Shown here piece by piece: positions 1-11,494 of a stretch of DNA of 33,676 nucleotides (the stretch's first letter is position 1; each line of letters starts with the position of its first letter). Below the pieces are notes generated by a model that was not told the origin of the DNA, did no database searches, and saw only the letters and a list, made by a program, of their open reading frames with translations. Location: contig NW_021836556.1 in the NCBI RefSeq assembly GCF_006345805.1, positions 1-33,676 of the forward strand, in the 5' to 3' direction. The position numbers were made by a program, and so were the translations under genes. The stretch comes from Octopus sinensis. Lineage: Eukaryota.

Positions 1-440
1 TCGCTGATTTTGCAACGAGCAAAACTGCTAGTTCTGAAATCTAAGAGATTAACGTAGCAGCTCTACAACAAGTAATGTTCGTAGCCACATCTTCATGGCT
101 GAGATTTGCGTGATTATTCTATATTCACTCGATTGACGAGGGAATCCCTCATATGTGTTTGACTGCATCTGTGAGTGTGTGTACGTGCGTGTGTGTGTGT
201 ATGTATTTTGTGCTTGTATATGCATGCTACAAAACTATAACCTGTAAATTCCCTGAACAGTTCCAACCTCAATCGGAAATGGAATCCCAATGGAGGACGA
301 CCCCATATCAATGAGAAAGCAAAAACAAACAAAAATCACAACAGGGAACATAAACAAATAAACAAATGCAACAAGCGTATACATCCCATTCATAGCTGCT
401 TAACTGTTAATTTCGATATTCGTGAGCGTGAGAGTGTGTA

Positions 441-656
441 TACGAGGGTGCTAAAATGTCCCTGGCTTTAGATTAAAGAAAATACAGGAGGAATCACTTA
501 TGATTTTATTCGACATATTCTTGTCTAGAATTCACATACTTATTGCAGCTGTCCTTCAGTTTTTCTAAGCCTCATAAAAGAATTCGAAAGGTTGGGCCTC
601 CAGCCAGGCTATTCGTGATACCCTTAAAGCCAGGAACTTTTCAACATCTCTTCGTA
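441..656 (-). mobile_element. Mariner-derived MITE / internally deleted element
   Basis: Imperfect ~30-bp TIRs with terminal TA (TACGAGGGTGCTAAAATGTCCCTGGCTTTA ... TAAAGCCAGGAACTTTTCAACATCTCTTCGTA). The minus strand encodes EKLKDSCNKYVNSRQEYVE*, resembling the C-terminal tail of a mariner transposase. Confidence 0.75.
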
Positions 657-847
657 TATATAAGGTTCAAAGACAATAGGTGGAGCCTTGCAGTTGCCGA
701 CTGTTATCCTAGAGATCGGAAAAGACTGCTCAGAAGGCCTCCACGATGATAAGAAAATTTGGTTAAACGATTTCGGCCGAAATGGACAAGAATGGCGCAA
801 TCAAGAAATAACTAGAAGCGCATTATGACCAGCGTTGTAGATCAACA

Positions 848-928
848 TCATTGAGGAGCACTTTATTATGTTAAGTTGTTTTGCATTACGTTCTCTGTAA
901 CTTAATGCAATGAAGTGTTCCTTGATGA
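848..928 (+). ncRNA. Candidate pre-miRNA-like hairpin
   Basis: 848-878 pairs ungapped with 898-928: 23 WC, 7 G:U, 1 A:C, with a 19-nt loop. Structural evidence only; no expression data. Confidence 0.4.
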
Positions 929-1075
929 CCCGTTCTGGTTAAGCATTGAAATGCACATGGAACATTAATGCAGGTTTCCAAGCAACCTTAATGGTGAAAC
1001 GTACGAAGGAACTAATAGTATAAATTCATGTTGATCATAAATTCTCCTATAATGTGTGTTTATGTATATAGAATA

Positions 1076-1365
1076 AGGATCAAGGCACAGTCGATGGAAT
1101 TTGAACTCAGAACGTAAAGTCGGGCGAAATACCTATTTCTTTATTACCTACAAGGGGCTAAACATAGAGGGGACAAACAAGGACCGACAAACAGATTAAG
1201 TCGATTATATCGACCCCAGTGCGTAATTGGTACTTATTTAATCGACCCCGAAAGGATGAAAGGCAAAGTTGACCTCGGCGGAATTTGAACTCAGAGCGTA
1301 GCGGCAGACGAAATACCACTAAGCATTTCGCTCGGCGTGCTAACGATTCAGCCAGCTCACCGCTT
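1076..1365 (-). mobile_element. tRNA-derived SINE family A with 3' wrap-around extension
   Basis: Head GCGGTGAGCTGGCTGAATCGTTAGCA, B-box-like GAGTTCAAATTCC, central GCCTTTCATCCTTTCGGGGTCGAT (resembles the Meta/RUDI core), tail ...AATAAAGAAATA. The internal segment then repeats (1076-1133). Confidence 0.85.
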
Positions 1366-1367
1366 TC

Positions 1368-1368
<1 letters not shown>

Positions 1369-1431
<63 letters not shown>

Positions 1432-1447
1432 CAACAACAACAACAAC
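1369..1447. repeat. (AAT)n/(AAC)n microsatellite
   Basis: Directly visible. Confidence 0.95.
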
Positions 1448-1466
1448 TAGGTGTATTATTGTTTAA

Positions 1467-1696
1467 TTCTTTATTGCCCACAAGGGGCTAAACATAGAGG
1501 GGACAAAGAAGGGCAGACAAATGGATTAAGTTGATTACATCGACCCCAGTGCGTAACTGTTACTTATTTAATCGACCCCGAAAGGATGAAAGGCAAAGTC
1601 GACCTCGGCAGAATTTGAACTCAGAACGTAGCGGCAGACGAAATACCGCTAAGCATTTCGCCCGGCGTGCTAACGTTTCTGCCAGCTCGCCGCCTT
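1467..1696 (-). mobile_element. SINE family A, full length
   Basis: Closely similar to 1134-1365, 10249-10446 and 27266-27493. Confidence 0.88.
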
Positions 1697-1697
1697 A

Positions 1698-1784
<87 letters not shown>

Positions 1785-1811
1785 TAACAATAATGTGTAT
1801 TATTATTATCA

Positions 1812-1859
<48 letters not shown>

Positions 1860-1886
1860 TATTATTATTATAATTATTATTACTAT
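1697..1886. repeat. (AAT)n followed by (ATT)n microsatellite
   Basis: Directly visible. Confidence 0.95.
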
Positions 1887-2680
1887 TGTAGTCGTTGTCG
1901 TTACGTTTGATTCAACATCAGTGTCATAGTTGTCACTTCACATCTTTCTAATCTAATCATTTGAGACATAAAACATTTAAAACATTTAATTTTCCATTTC
2001 TTCTTTTCTTTTTTTTTTTTTTTTTTGGTCTCTTTTGTTTTAACAAAATGTTTGAACCGACCACTTTATGGAACTGCTTAATTCTTCCATTTACCCTTCC
2101 ACACATACATTCACGCATACACTCGTATACACACTCTTAAAAAACACATCTGCACATACACGTAAAGCACTTACACGAAGGCACAGGACATAAAAGAGAA
2201 ACACACCACATACACCAGCCATTATTCTCACTTTTCTCCTAAAGCCACCAAGTTCCCTGACTAACCGTCACCATTTGTGACATCCCCACCCGTCATCCCC
2301 TTATCTTCTATGAAAGAAGTGAAAATAAAAGTAAAGAACCCCTTGTAATTTCTACATCTTCAAATGCACTCTATGACTCTATAAAACATTTGATGCCAAT
2401 TAATGGAAGGATAGCCCCCAAAACAGGGGCTGTACATCCCTTTAAATAGGAATGCCACTTCAATTAAAAGTTGATGTCATAGGAAAGAGGGATTATTGAG
2501 CAAGAGATTCCACCACAGACACTTCCGTAACCTCCTTCTACATTAACCAATGGTGTCTCTGCGTTGCTGCTCGACCTCCCAGAATTAATAGCTAAATCTC
2601 CATCAAACCACACATAATCATCAACTCAGAAAAATTGGAAGCGTGTCAGAATATTTAGAATGTTAGACAAAACAAGCGCT

Positions 2681-3172
2681 GGTGTGGCTGTTTGGTAACA
2701 AGCTTGCTTCCCAATCACATTATCCCGAGTTCAGTCCCACTGTGAGGCACCTTGGGGAAATGTTTTCTACTATAGCCGCGGACCGACCAAAGCCTAGTGA
2801 ATGGATTTGATAAACGGAAATTGAAAGAAGCTTGTCTTATATCTACATATAATATATATGTGTGTGTATGTGTTTGTTTGTTTGTTTGTTTGTTTGTGTG
2901 AGTGTGCGTGTGTGTGTGTATGTGTGTGTATATTTGAGTCTATGCGGGCGTGCACATGTGTGTTTCTCCACCACCATCGCATGATAACCGATGGTAGTGT
3001 GTTTACGTCCCCATAACTTAGCGGTTCGGCAAAAGACAACGATAGAATAAGTTACAGTACTTCAAAACAAAAAACTACTGGGGCTAATACATTCGACTAA
3101 AACATTCTTCAACGCAGTGCCCCAGCTCGGCCACGGTCTAATAAGTGAAACAAGTAGAAGATAAAAGATAAA
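2681..3172 (+). mobile_element. tRNA-derived CORE-like SINE family B with internal (TA/TG)n, diverged copy
   Basis: Head GTGGCTGT.TGGTAA, GTTCAGTCCCACTG, CORE-like GCACCTTGGG.AA.TG, 3' block TAACTTAGCGGTTCGGCAAAAGA and (AAAGAT)n tail. Homologous to 7414-7860 and 32205-32674. Confidence 0.8.
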
Positions 3173-3330
3173 AATGCTTTGCGGTATTTCTTCCTGGTCT
3201 AGAAACTCCCAGTCCAAGGTCAAATTTGTTTTCTAGTCTTCCGGGAAGATAAATTCAAGCACCAGCCAAGTACTGAAGCATCGATATATTTTTACTCATA
3301 TTCCTCCCTAAATTTCAAGCTTTGTCGCTT

Positions 3331-3515
3331 AGGTAAAACGTGTCGCCAGGTAAAACGTGCCGCCAGGTAAAACGCGTCGTCAGGTAAAACGTGTCACCAG
3401 GTAAAACGTGTCGCCAGGTAAAACGTGTCGCCAGGTAAAACGTGTCGCCAGGTAAAACGTGTAGCCAGGTAAAACCTGTCGCCAGGTAAAACGTTTCATC
3501 AGGTAAAACGTCGCC
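3331..3515. repeat. 17-bp minisatellite (AGGTAAAACGTGTCGCC) x11
   Basis: 11 head-to-tail units, the last with a 2-bp deletion, and no spacers. It follows a degenerate family-A SINE at ~3172-3330. Confidence 0.95.
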
Positions 3516-3526
3516 AGAAGTGAAAT

Positions 3527-3798
3527 ATTCAAACCCCAAAGAATTCCTCTCAACACATGGCTTGATGCTCCCCCACTACTTCTGCTCGCGATCAGAGATG
3601 CACATATCGTCAGCCACTAAGGGACATGGTCAACTGGTTAAGATCAAACAACTGACAAGCAAATCTGTGATATTGAGCAGAATATTTGCTGTAGGCCATC
3701 TTTTATACGAAGACAAAACAATGTACATGGTAACACTTCCAACCAGTTAAGATCAGAAGCCATGAGAGCCAGTGCCTGGTATTGCATGAGGGCATTTA
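3527..3798 (+). mobile_element. Probable 3' end of a non-LTR retroelement with a (TTA)n tail
   Basis: Recognised from memory as a recurrent Octopus interspersed repeat; directly followed by a long (TTA)n tract. Family not determined. Confidence 0.4.
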
Positions 3799-3799
3799 A

Positions 3800-3800
3800 C

Positions 3801-3852
<52 letters not shown>

Positions 3853-3894
3853 GTTATTATTATTATTATTATCATCATTATTATTATTATTATC

Positions 3895-3942
<48 letters not shown>

Positions 3943-3977
3943 TTATCATTATCATTATCATTGTTATTATCACTATT

Positions 3978-4025
<48 letters not shown>
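3800..4025. repeat. (TTA)n/(TCA)n microsatellite
   Basis: Directly visible. Confidence 0.95.
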
Positions 4026-4026
<1 letters not shown>

Positions 4027-4037
4027 CGTGAAGTTAC

Positions 4038-4109
4038 AAAGTGACTCAAGGCTCAATAGTTTCGTGTAAGGCTCCTATGAAACGAAACTGTCGGCTTTTG
4101 AATCACTTT
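4038..4109 (+). ncRNA. Candidate pre-miRNA-like hairpin
   Basis: 28-nt arms 4038-4065 and 4082-4109 pair ungapped: 21 WC, 4 G:U, 3 mismatches, 16-nt loop. Confidence 0.35.
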
Positions 4110-4600
4110 TGAGCCACAGCTGCTGATAAAATATTTTACACTAATACATACATACACACATACATATATTCAATTAATACACATAATCTCGCATAAAGAC
4201 AACGTGTGTATACGTAGATACACAAAACACGCACGTACACACACACACACACACACACACACAATCACAGATACGCACTCACACACACAGACACATTTAT
4301 ATTGACATACGTAAGTGTATTGTAGGGATCCTGCTGTATTCTGTTCTATAAATTTGATGTAATCGAACTGAAGGCAGCCAGTCTTTTTTCCCACCTGCCT
4401 CCCCGCCCCCGAGTCTTTCTCCACTTCCTGTCGTTATATTTATTTATTTGCTTCCTATTTGTGTCTGTCTCCCATTCTTTTCGTTTATTTTTAAAGGATT
4501 TTCTTTGAGGGAAAATGTGGGCCCACATGTAGGGAACAGTTTTTTATTAATCGAAAGGGACAGATCGGCGCTTAAGAAAAATTTAAGCTTCACAAGTCTA

Positions 4601-4604
4601 AACG

Positions 4605-4669
<65 letters not shown>

Positions 4670-4673
4670 GATG

Positions 4674-4711
<38 letters not shown>

Positions 4712-4748
4712 GATAATAATAATAATAACGATAATAATAATAATAATG

Positions 4749-4788
<40 letters not shown>

Positions 4789-4915
4789 TAATATTTTTAA
4801 ACTTTTTTCTCATTTTATTGCTTTTCGTTATTGACAAACAGACATTATCCGAGCAATGCCCATTCTCATACAATATACACGGGTTTGAACATACATGTGT
4901 GTGTGTGTGTGTGTG

Positions 4916-4953
<38 letters not shown>

Positions 4954-5025
4954 GTGCATGTGTGTGTGTGTGCGTGCGTGTGTGTGTGTGTGCGTGCGTG
5001 TGTGTGTGTATGTGTGTGTGTGTAC
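4601..5025. repeat. (AAT)n and (TG)n microsatellites
   Basis: Directly visible. Confidence 0.95.
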
Positions 5026-5643
5026 ACATACACACTCATATACAAGTATGCTCACACACATCTAACACATAGACAGATACGCTACGCTCTTCGTACCGTA
5101 CCTAGCACCAGCAATACTAATGAGAAAATAAATAGGGAACCCAAAACCTCTCCAAAACAACAACAACAAACAACTATAGCAACAACAACAACAATAATAA
5201 TTGCAACAGTAACAATAACAACGATAGCCAATGATAGAAAAGCTACCATTTTTTTTTTTTTTTTTAAGGTTTTTGCAGAAACGTATTTCGTAGACTTAGA
5301 AATGTTGTAAAGACACGTAGAATATATTAAAGAATATTTTGAAATATTCAACAACAACATCAACAATAACAACTACAAAAAGATCTTAAGAATGAGGGCA
5401 ATAACAAAGTTTGCTGTGGCTTTTCTCCTGCTAAGAATTACAACAACATCAAAGTAATGGCACCAGTATTAAGCGCTATTAATAAATATAAAGGCATAAA
5501 AGCGGAGTCTTTTAATGTCGAGACACATTTAAGAATGTGTCGATTCCATGTTTTGATTCAGTCTCGTTGTTGTTTTTGTTTTTTTTGTTTGTTTCTTTTT
5601 TTTTTTGTTTTTTGTTTTTTTTTGTAGTTTCTGCGGTTGTTCT

Positions 5644-5718
5644 AAACAGGCTGTAGTACAATGTTTTGACTAGTTTTGCCCATCTGATAGGTCAATTCCT
5701 TGTTACTGGAGACTGTTT
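5644..5718 (+). ncRNA. Candidate pre-miRNA-like hairpin
   Basis: AAACAGGCTGTAGTACAATGTTTTGACT pairs with GGTCAATTCCTTGTTACTGGAGACTGTTT (one bulge), 18-nt loop. Confidence 0.3.
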
Positions 5719-5776
5719 CGTAATTTATTAAGACGTTGAACTGAAAAAAAAAAAACAGTGGAGCATCGGACAACCT

Positions 5777-5930
5777 GCTGTGTTACGTAATTTTGTCGTG
5801 AGCGATATGCTTCCCGGACTCATGGTTCCAGGTTCGGTCCCACCCAGTGGCCACTTAGTCAAGTGTCTTCTACTCAAGCTTCAGCCTTGTGAATGGATTT
5901 GGAAGACGATAACTGGAAGAAGCCCGTCGT
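5777..5930 (+). mobile_element. SINE family B, 5' half
   Basis: CATGGTTCCAGGTTCGGTCCCAC...CAAGTGTCTTCTACT...GAAGCCCGTCG then (TA)n. Confidence 0.7.
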
Positions 5931-6227
5931 GTATATATATATATATATTATATATATATTATATAATATATATATATATATATAAACTGTACTTGGAGAA
6001 GAAGAAACGAAACGAAACGAAACGAATCCAATCGACGCGAGGACGCTCAGTCATACAATAGTGTAATAAATAAATATATACATACATACAAACATATATG
6101 TACGTACCTACATCTACATGTATATATATACATGCATATATAAATATATATACGTGAGTACAGGACACCACAAATAGACGTAGAACTCAACGAGAAACGA
6201 AAACGTAAAAACATGTGTGTTTATGTG

Positions 6228-6441
6228 TTTGCCTTTCATCCTTTAAAGGTCCATTAAATAAGTAACAGTTATGCACTGGGGTCGATATCATCGTCTTAAT
6301 CTGTTTGTCTGCCCTTACTTGTCCCCTCTGTGTATAGCCCCTTGTGGGCAGTAAAGAAATAGGTATTTCGCCTGCCGCTACTTTCTGAGTTCAAATTCCG
6401 ACGAGGTCGACATTGCCTTTTATCCTTTCGGGGTCGATTAA
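6228..6441 (+). mobile_element. SINE family A, circularly permuted copy
   Basis: Starts mid-body (GCCTTTCATCC at 6231), runs through the tail, wraps at AAATA|GGTATTTCG (6361/6362) and returns to GCCTTT at 6415, a 184-bp period. Confidence 0.8.
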
Positions 6442-6552
6442 GGATGAAAGGCAAAGTCGACCTCGGCGAAATGTGAACTCAGAACGTAACGGCGGACGAA
6501 ATATCGCTAAACATTTCGCCCGGAGTGCTAACGATTCTGCCAGCTCGCCGCC
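6442..6552 (-). mobile_element. SINE family A 5' half, inverted against the preceding copy
   Basis: GGATGAAAGGCAAAGTCGACCTCGGCG...GCCAGCTCGCCGCC. Confidence 0.8.
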
Positions 6553-6738
6553 ACCTATGTACACAGACTAAGGTGTCGCTAACTACCTTCGCCACATCAT
6601 GCTCTTTGAGAAGTGATCATTTCCGTGTAAGTTACGCACATTTATGTCAAAACTTTCAATGGAAATGCGTGTATATGCGTGTGCGAGCGTACAGGTATGG
6701 TCATTTGCATGTCTACTTGTCTGCGTGGGCACGTATCA

Positions 6739-7013
6739 CTCTCTTTACTCTTTTACTTTTTTACTTCTTTCAGTCATTTGACTGCGGCCATACTGGAGCA
6801 CCACCTTTAGTCGAGCACATCGACCCCAGGACTTATTCTTTCTAAGCCTAGTACTTCTTCTATCTTTCTCTTTTGCCGAAGCGCTAAGTTACGCAGGCGA
6901 AAACACACCAGCATCTGTTGTCAAGCGATGTTGGTGGTGGTGGTGGTGGTGGTGGTGGGAACAAACTCAGTCACACAAACATATACGCACATTTATATAT
7001 ATAAATGTGTGTG

Positions 7014-7045
<32 letters not shown>

Positions 7046-7208
7046 GACAGGTTTCTTTCAGTTTCCGTCTACCAAATCCACTCACAAGGCTTTGATCGGC
7101 CCGAGGCTATAGTAGAAGACACTTGCCCAAGGTGCCACACAGTGGGACTGAACCTGGAACCATGTGGTTCGTAAGCAAGCTACTTACCACACAGCCATTC
7201 CTACGCCT
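6739..7208 (-). mobile_element. SINE family B, full length
   Basis: Reverse complement of the family B sequence from head (AGGCGTAGGAATGGCTGTGTGG) to (GTAAAAGA)n-like tail. Confidence 0.88.
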
Positions 7209-7413
7209 GCACATACATAAAATCACAGGAGTCAATATTTACATCTTTTTTTTTCGGTTTTAAAGAAATGCATTCGCAGGTGGGAAGAGTGAAAATCATG
7301 GCTATTTTCCTTACTTTCTTTGTAAGCATCGCGTTTCTAGCCAGCGACATTGTTTTTGTTACATATTTGTACGTAACTACAGTTTTATTAGTGTTTCTTG
7401 AAGTAACATTGAA

Positions 7414-7860
7414 CGTGGCTGTGTGGTAAGAAGCTTGCTTCCAAACTACATGGTTCCGGGTTCAGTCCCACTGCTTGGCATTTTTGGACAAGTGTCTTCT
7501 ACTATTGCCTCGGGCCGACCCAAACATTGTGAGTGGATTTGGAAGACGGAAACTGAAAGAAGCCCGTCGTATATATGTATATATATGTGCGTGTGTGTGT
7601 TTGTGTGTGTGTGTGTGAAAGAAGCCCGTCGTATATATATATGTGTGTGTGTTTGTGTGTCTGTGGTTGTCCCCCAACATCGTTTGACAACCGATGCTGG
7701 TGTGTTTACGTCCCCGTAACTTAGCGGTTCAGCATAAGAGACCGATAGAATAAGTACTAGGCTCACAAAGAATAAGCCCTGGGTCGATTTGCTCGACTAA
7801 AGGCGGTGCTCCAGCATGGCTACAGTCAAATGACTGAAACAAGTAAAAGTGTAGAAGAGT
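7414..7860 (+). mobile_element. SINE family B, full length, with an internal duplication of GAAAGAAGCCCGTCGTATAT
   Basis: Head-to-tail match to the other B copies. Confidence 0.88.
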
Positions 7861-7913
7861 ATATATGTAAAACTTGCGGTAACCTTAAACATATTTGTAA
7901 TGCCAAGAGTAAT

Positions 7914-8000
7914 GTGTATGTGCGTGCGTGCCGCGAGTGTATGTGCGTGCGTGCCGCGAGTGTATGTGCGTGCGTGCCGCGAGTGTATGTGCATGCGTGC
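7914..8000. repeat. 23-bp tandem repeat (GTGTATGTGCGTGCGTGCCGCGA) x~3.7
   Basis: Directly visible. Confidence 0.9.
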
Positions 8001-8221
8001 ACGCGTGTTTGTGTGTGTTTGTGTGTGTTTTACACTGGAGGTAACTATATTTTTGACACGAGAAGTAACTTAAACGCATTTGGAACACATTTAGATCTTA
8101 GACTTTAGATCTTTGATGTTGTCCTGCTTGTTCACTTTTAACAGTTACCGCGCCACTACGTGCGTGCATGAGTTTGTGTGTGTGTACGTGCGTGTGTGTG
8201 TATGTGTGTGTGTGTGTGTGT

Positions 8222-8273
<52 letters not shown>

Positions 8274-8356
8274 ATATGAACGTGTAGTATTCAATTGTGT
8301 ATGTACTGCGATGCAAACTGTTAAAAATGAGCATTAAAACAGCAAAGATTAAAATG

Positions 8357-8402
<46 letters not shown>

Positions 8403-8477
8403 CACCACCACCAATAATAATAATGATGATGATGATGATGATGATGATTCCGGTATAGTAACAAGAAGAGTAGTAAA

Positions 8478-8632
8478 ATTCATTGAGATGCTCAAATCCC
8501 GATGGACCAAAATACCTCCATTAAAAGAACTGGAGAAAGTTTCTAAGTATAAAGACTTGGAAATAGAAACATCGAAAATGTGAAGAATTATGCAAAAATA
8601 ATCCCAATAATGGTAAGTACAAAAGGAATTAC
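8478..8632 (+). pseudogene. Restriction-like endonuclease remnant of an R4/Dong-type non-LTR retrotransposon
   Basis: Frameshifted translation DQNTSIK/ELEKVSKYKDLEIETSKM*.../KIIPIMVSTKGI matches the RLE motif (KExEKLSKYKDLEIExxxMWxxxxxxIPIxVGALG). Confidence 0.7.
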
Positions 8633-8689
8633 GAGGAAATAAAGCGTACACTCACATATGATCACACGTACACACGTACATGTATGCAT

Positions 8690-9652
<963 letters not shown>

Positions 9653-9804
9653 CCTGCGATCACATGCGCACGAAATGACATGAATCAGGATTTTCCTTAA
9701 ATTGCAGAAGTAAAAAAACATCTCTCAAACATTTTTATATACATCCTACTTTTGCCAGAGAATACACAGATTTTTTTCTATAAACATTTACATAATCATG
9801 TATA

Positions 9805-9852
<48 letters not shown>

Positions 9853-10050
9853 CAAACATATGCATACATCTGAATGTACAGAACATTAACTGGTACAATT
9901 GTTTCCTTCTGTAAAACAATAGCTGGCCGCATTAAATATCTCCGTCTAACGCAAGCTAAGAATAAAATCTGTAAGTGGTCACTCGATATGCTAGAAATAG
10001 TAACTATATTATTATTTTATTCTTTCAGTGGAACCCTTAATCATAAGCTG

Positions 10051-10446
10051 AATAATCCTTTCTGATATAGGCACAAGACCTGAAATTTTTGGTAGGAAAA
10101 GATAAGTGGATTGTAATTTTGAGGAAGGGAGTCAATCGATTACATCCCAATGTTCGACTGATACGTATTTCATCGACTCCGAAACAATAAAAGGCAAAGT
10201 CGACTTCGGCGGAATTTGAACTCAGAATGTAACGACAGACGAAATACCTATTTCTTTATTACCCACAAGGGGCTAAACACAGAGGGGACAAACAAGGACA
10301 GACATAGGTATTAAGTCGATTGTATCAACACCAGTACGTAACTGGTACTTAATTTATCGACCCCGAATGGATGAAAGGCAAAGTCGACCTCGGCGGAATT
10401 TGAACTCAGAACGTAACGACAGACGAAATACCGTTAAGCATTTCGC
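10051..10446 (-). mobile_element. Composite family A SINE: young copy (10249-10446) running into an older-subfamily body and tail
   Basis: GAAATACC ends at 10248 and 10432 (184 bp apart). The older tail CTTGTGCCTATATCAGAAAGGATTATT lies at the left end. Confidence 0.8.
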
Positions 10447-10584
10447 GTAAACTGAATAACATACTGCGTTCACGCACATTTAAAGGTATAAGCACCTGCG
10501 AACAGACAAGAAGTCTTTTTACATTTTTTTGTTGGTCATAATCATTTACGTCAAGTTGTAATTCCTGACGAAGAATCGAATTTT

Positions 10585-10748
10585 TATTTCAAGAATTTTG
10601 GGAGGAAGGTGTTTAGTCGCTTCTATCGGCCTCAAATAGTGAAAGCTAAAGTAGACCTGGGCGATATTTGAAACCAGCACATAAATAACCGGAACAAATA
10701 CTGCATGGCGTTTTGTCCGATGCTCAAACGATTCTACAATCAAACCAT
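10585..10748 (-). mobile_element. Degenerate family A SINE
   Basis: ATTTGAAACCAG...AAATACTGC...TTTTGTCCGATGCTCAAACGATTCT resembles the reverse-complemented head. Confidence 0.5.
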
Positions 10749-11257
10749 TCTTTTTGCTAGCTTTATCCTCATCATCATCAGCAGCAGCAGCAGCAACAAC
10801 AACAACAGCAACGGCATTAGATCATCAACAAAAACAACAACGTCATCCCCAACAGACCACATCGACAACAAACAAATTTAAGTGCTGTATGAAGAAGTGG
10901 AGAGGAAGAGGAGTAAAAATATTTGCTGATGCCAAGATGTCTCATGTAAGGATTTAAAGGAAGCAGGTAACTGTGGATTATCTGTCTCGTTGTTGAGGTG
11001 GTGCTTTTAAGTGATTTAGTGGTGGGGAAACATTTTTTTTTTTTTGGATGGGGGCGGTGGTTTTTAGATGATTTTTGCTGATTTTTTGGCATTTCACAAT
11101 AGAAAATGGCGATTTTAAAAGATTTTCAATGTTGAAGCAAAATATTTATTGCGGTTTATAAGATAGCATTAGAGGGAGAGAATGCGGCGGGGTGGGTGAG
11201 TAAGTGAGAGAGGAGTCATTATAAACAGAATGTGTGTGTGAGTGCGTGTGTGTGTGA

Positions 11258-11289
<32 letters not shown>

Positions 11290-11494
11290 ATGTAAAAGAG
11301 AGACAGAGGGGACACAGGAGAGAGTCAAACGACGAAGACAGATATCGCCAAGTTTTTGGCAAAATTTGATGTAAGGGTGCAAGTTCTCTGCTCAGTGAAC
11401 GAGGTAGTCATAAGGCTGGAGAGGGCGAATAAAGTGAGGAGAGAGACGTAGAAGATAGAAAAAAATCAGTCAATGATAAAAAGAAAAAGAGAAA

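Noticed and set aside
1-32. Helitron-like 3' end (...CTGCTAGT)
   Set aside because: Truncated by the window edge; too little sequence to judge.
3331-3515. CRISPR-like array
   Set aside because: The units are contiguous with no unique spacers, there are no cas genes, and the context is eukaryotic.
4515-4528. Perfect 14-bp palindrome ATGTGGGCCCACAT
   Set aside because: One or two palindromes of this length are expected by chance in 33 kb.
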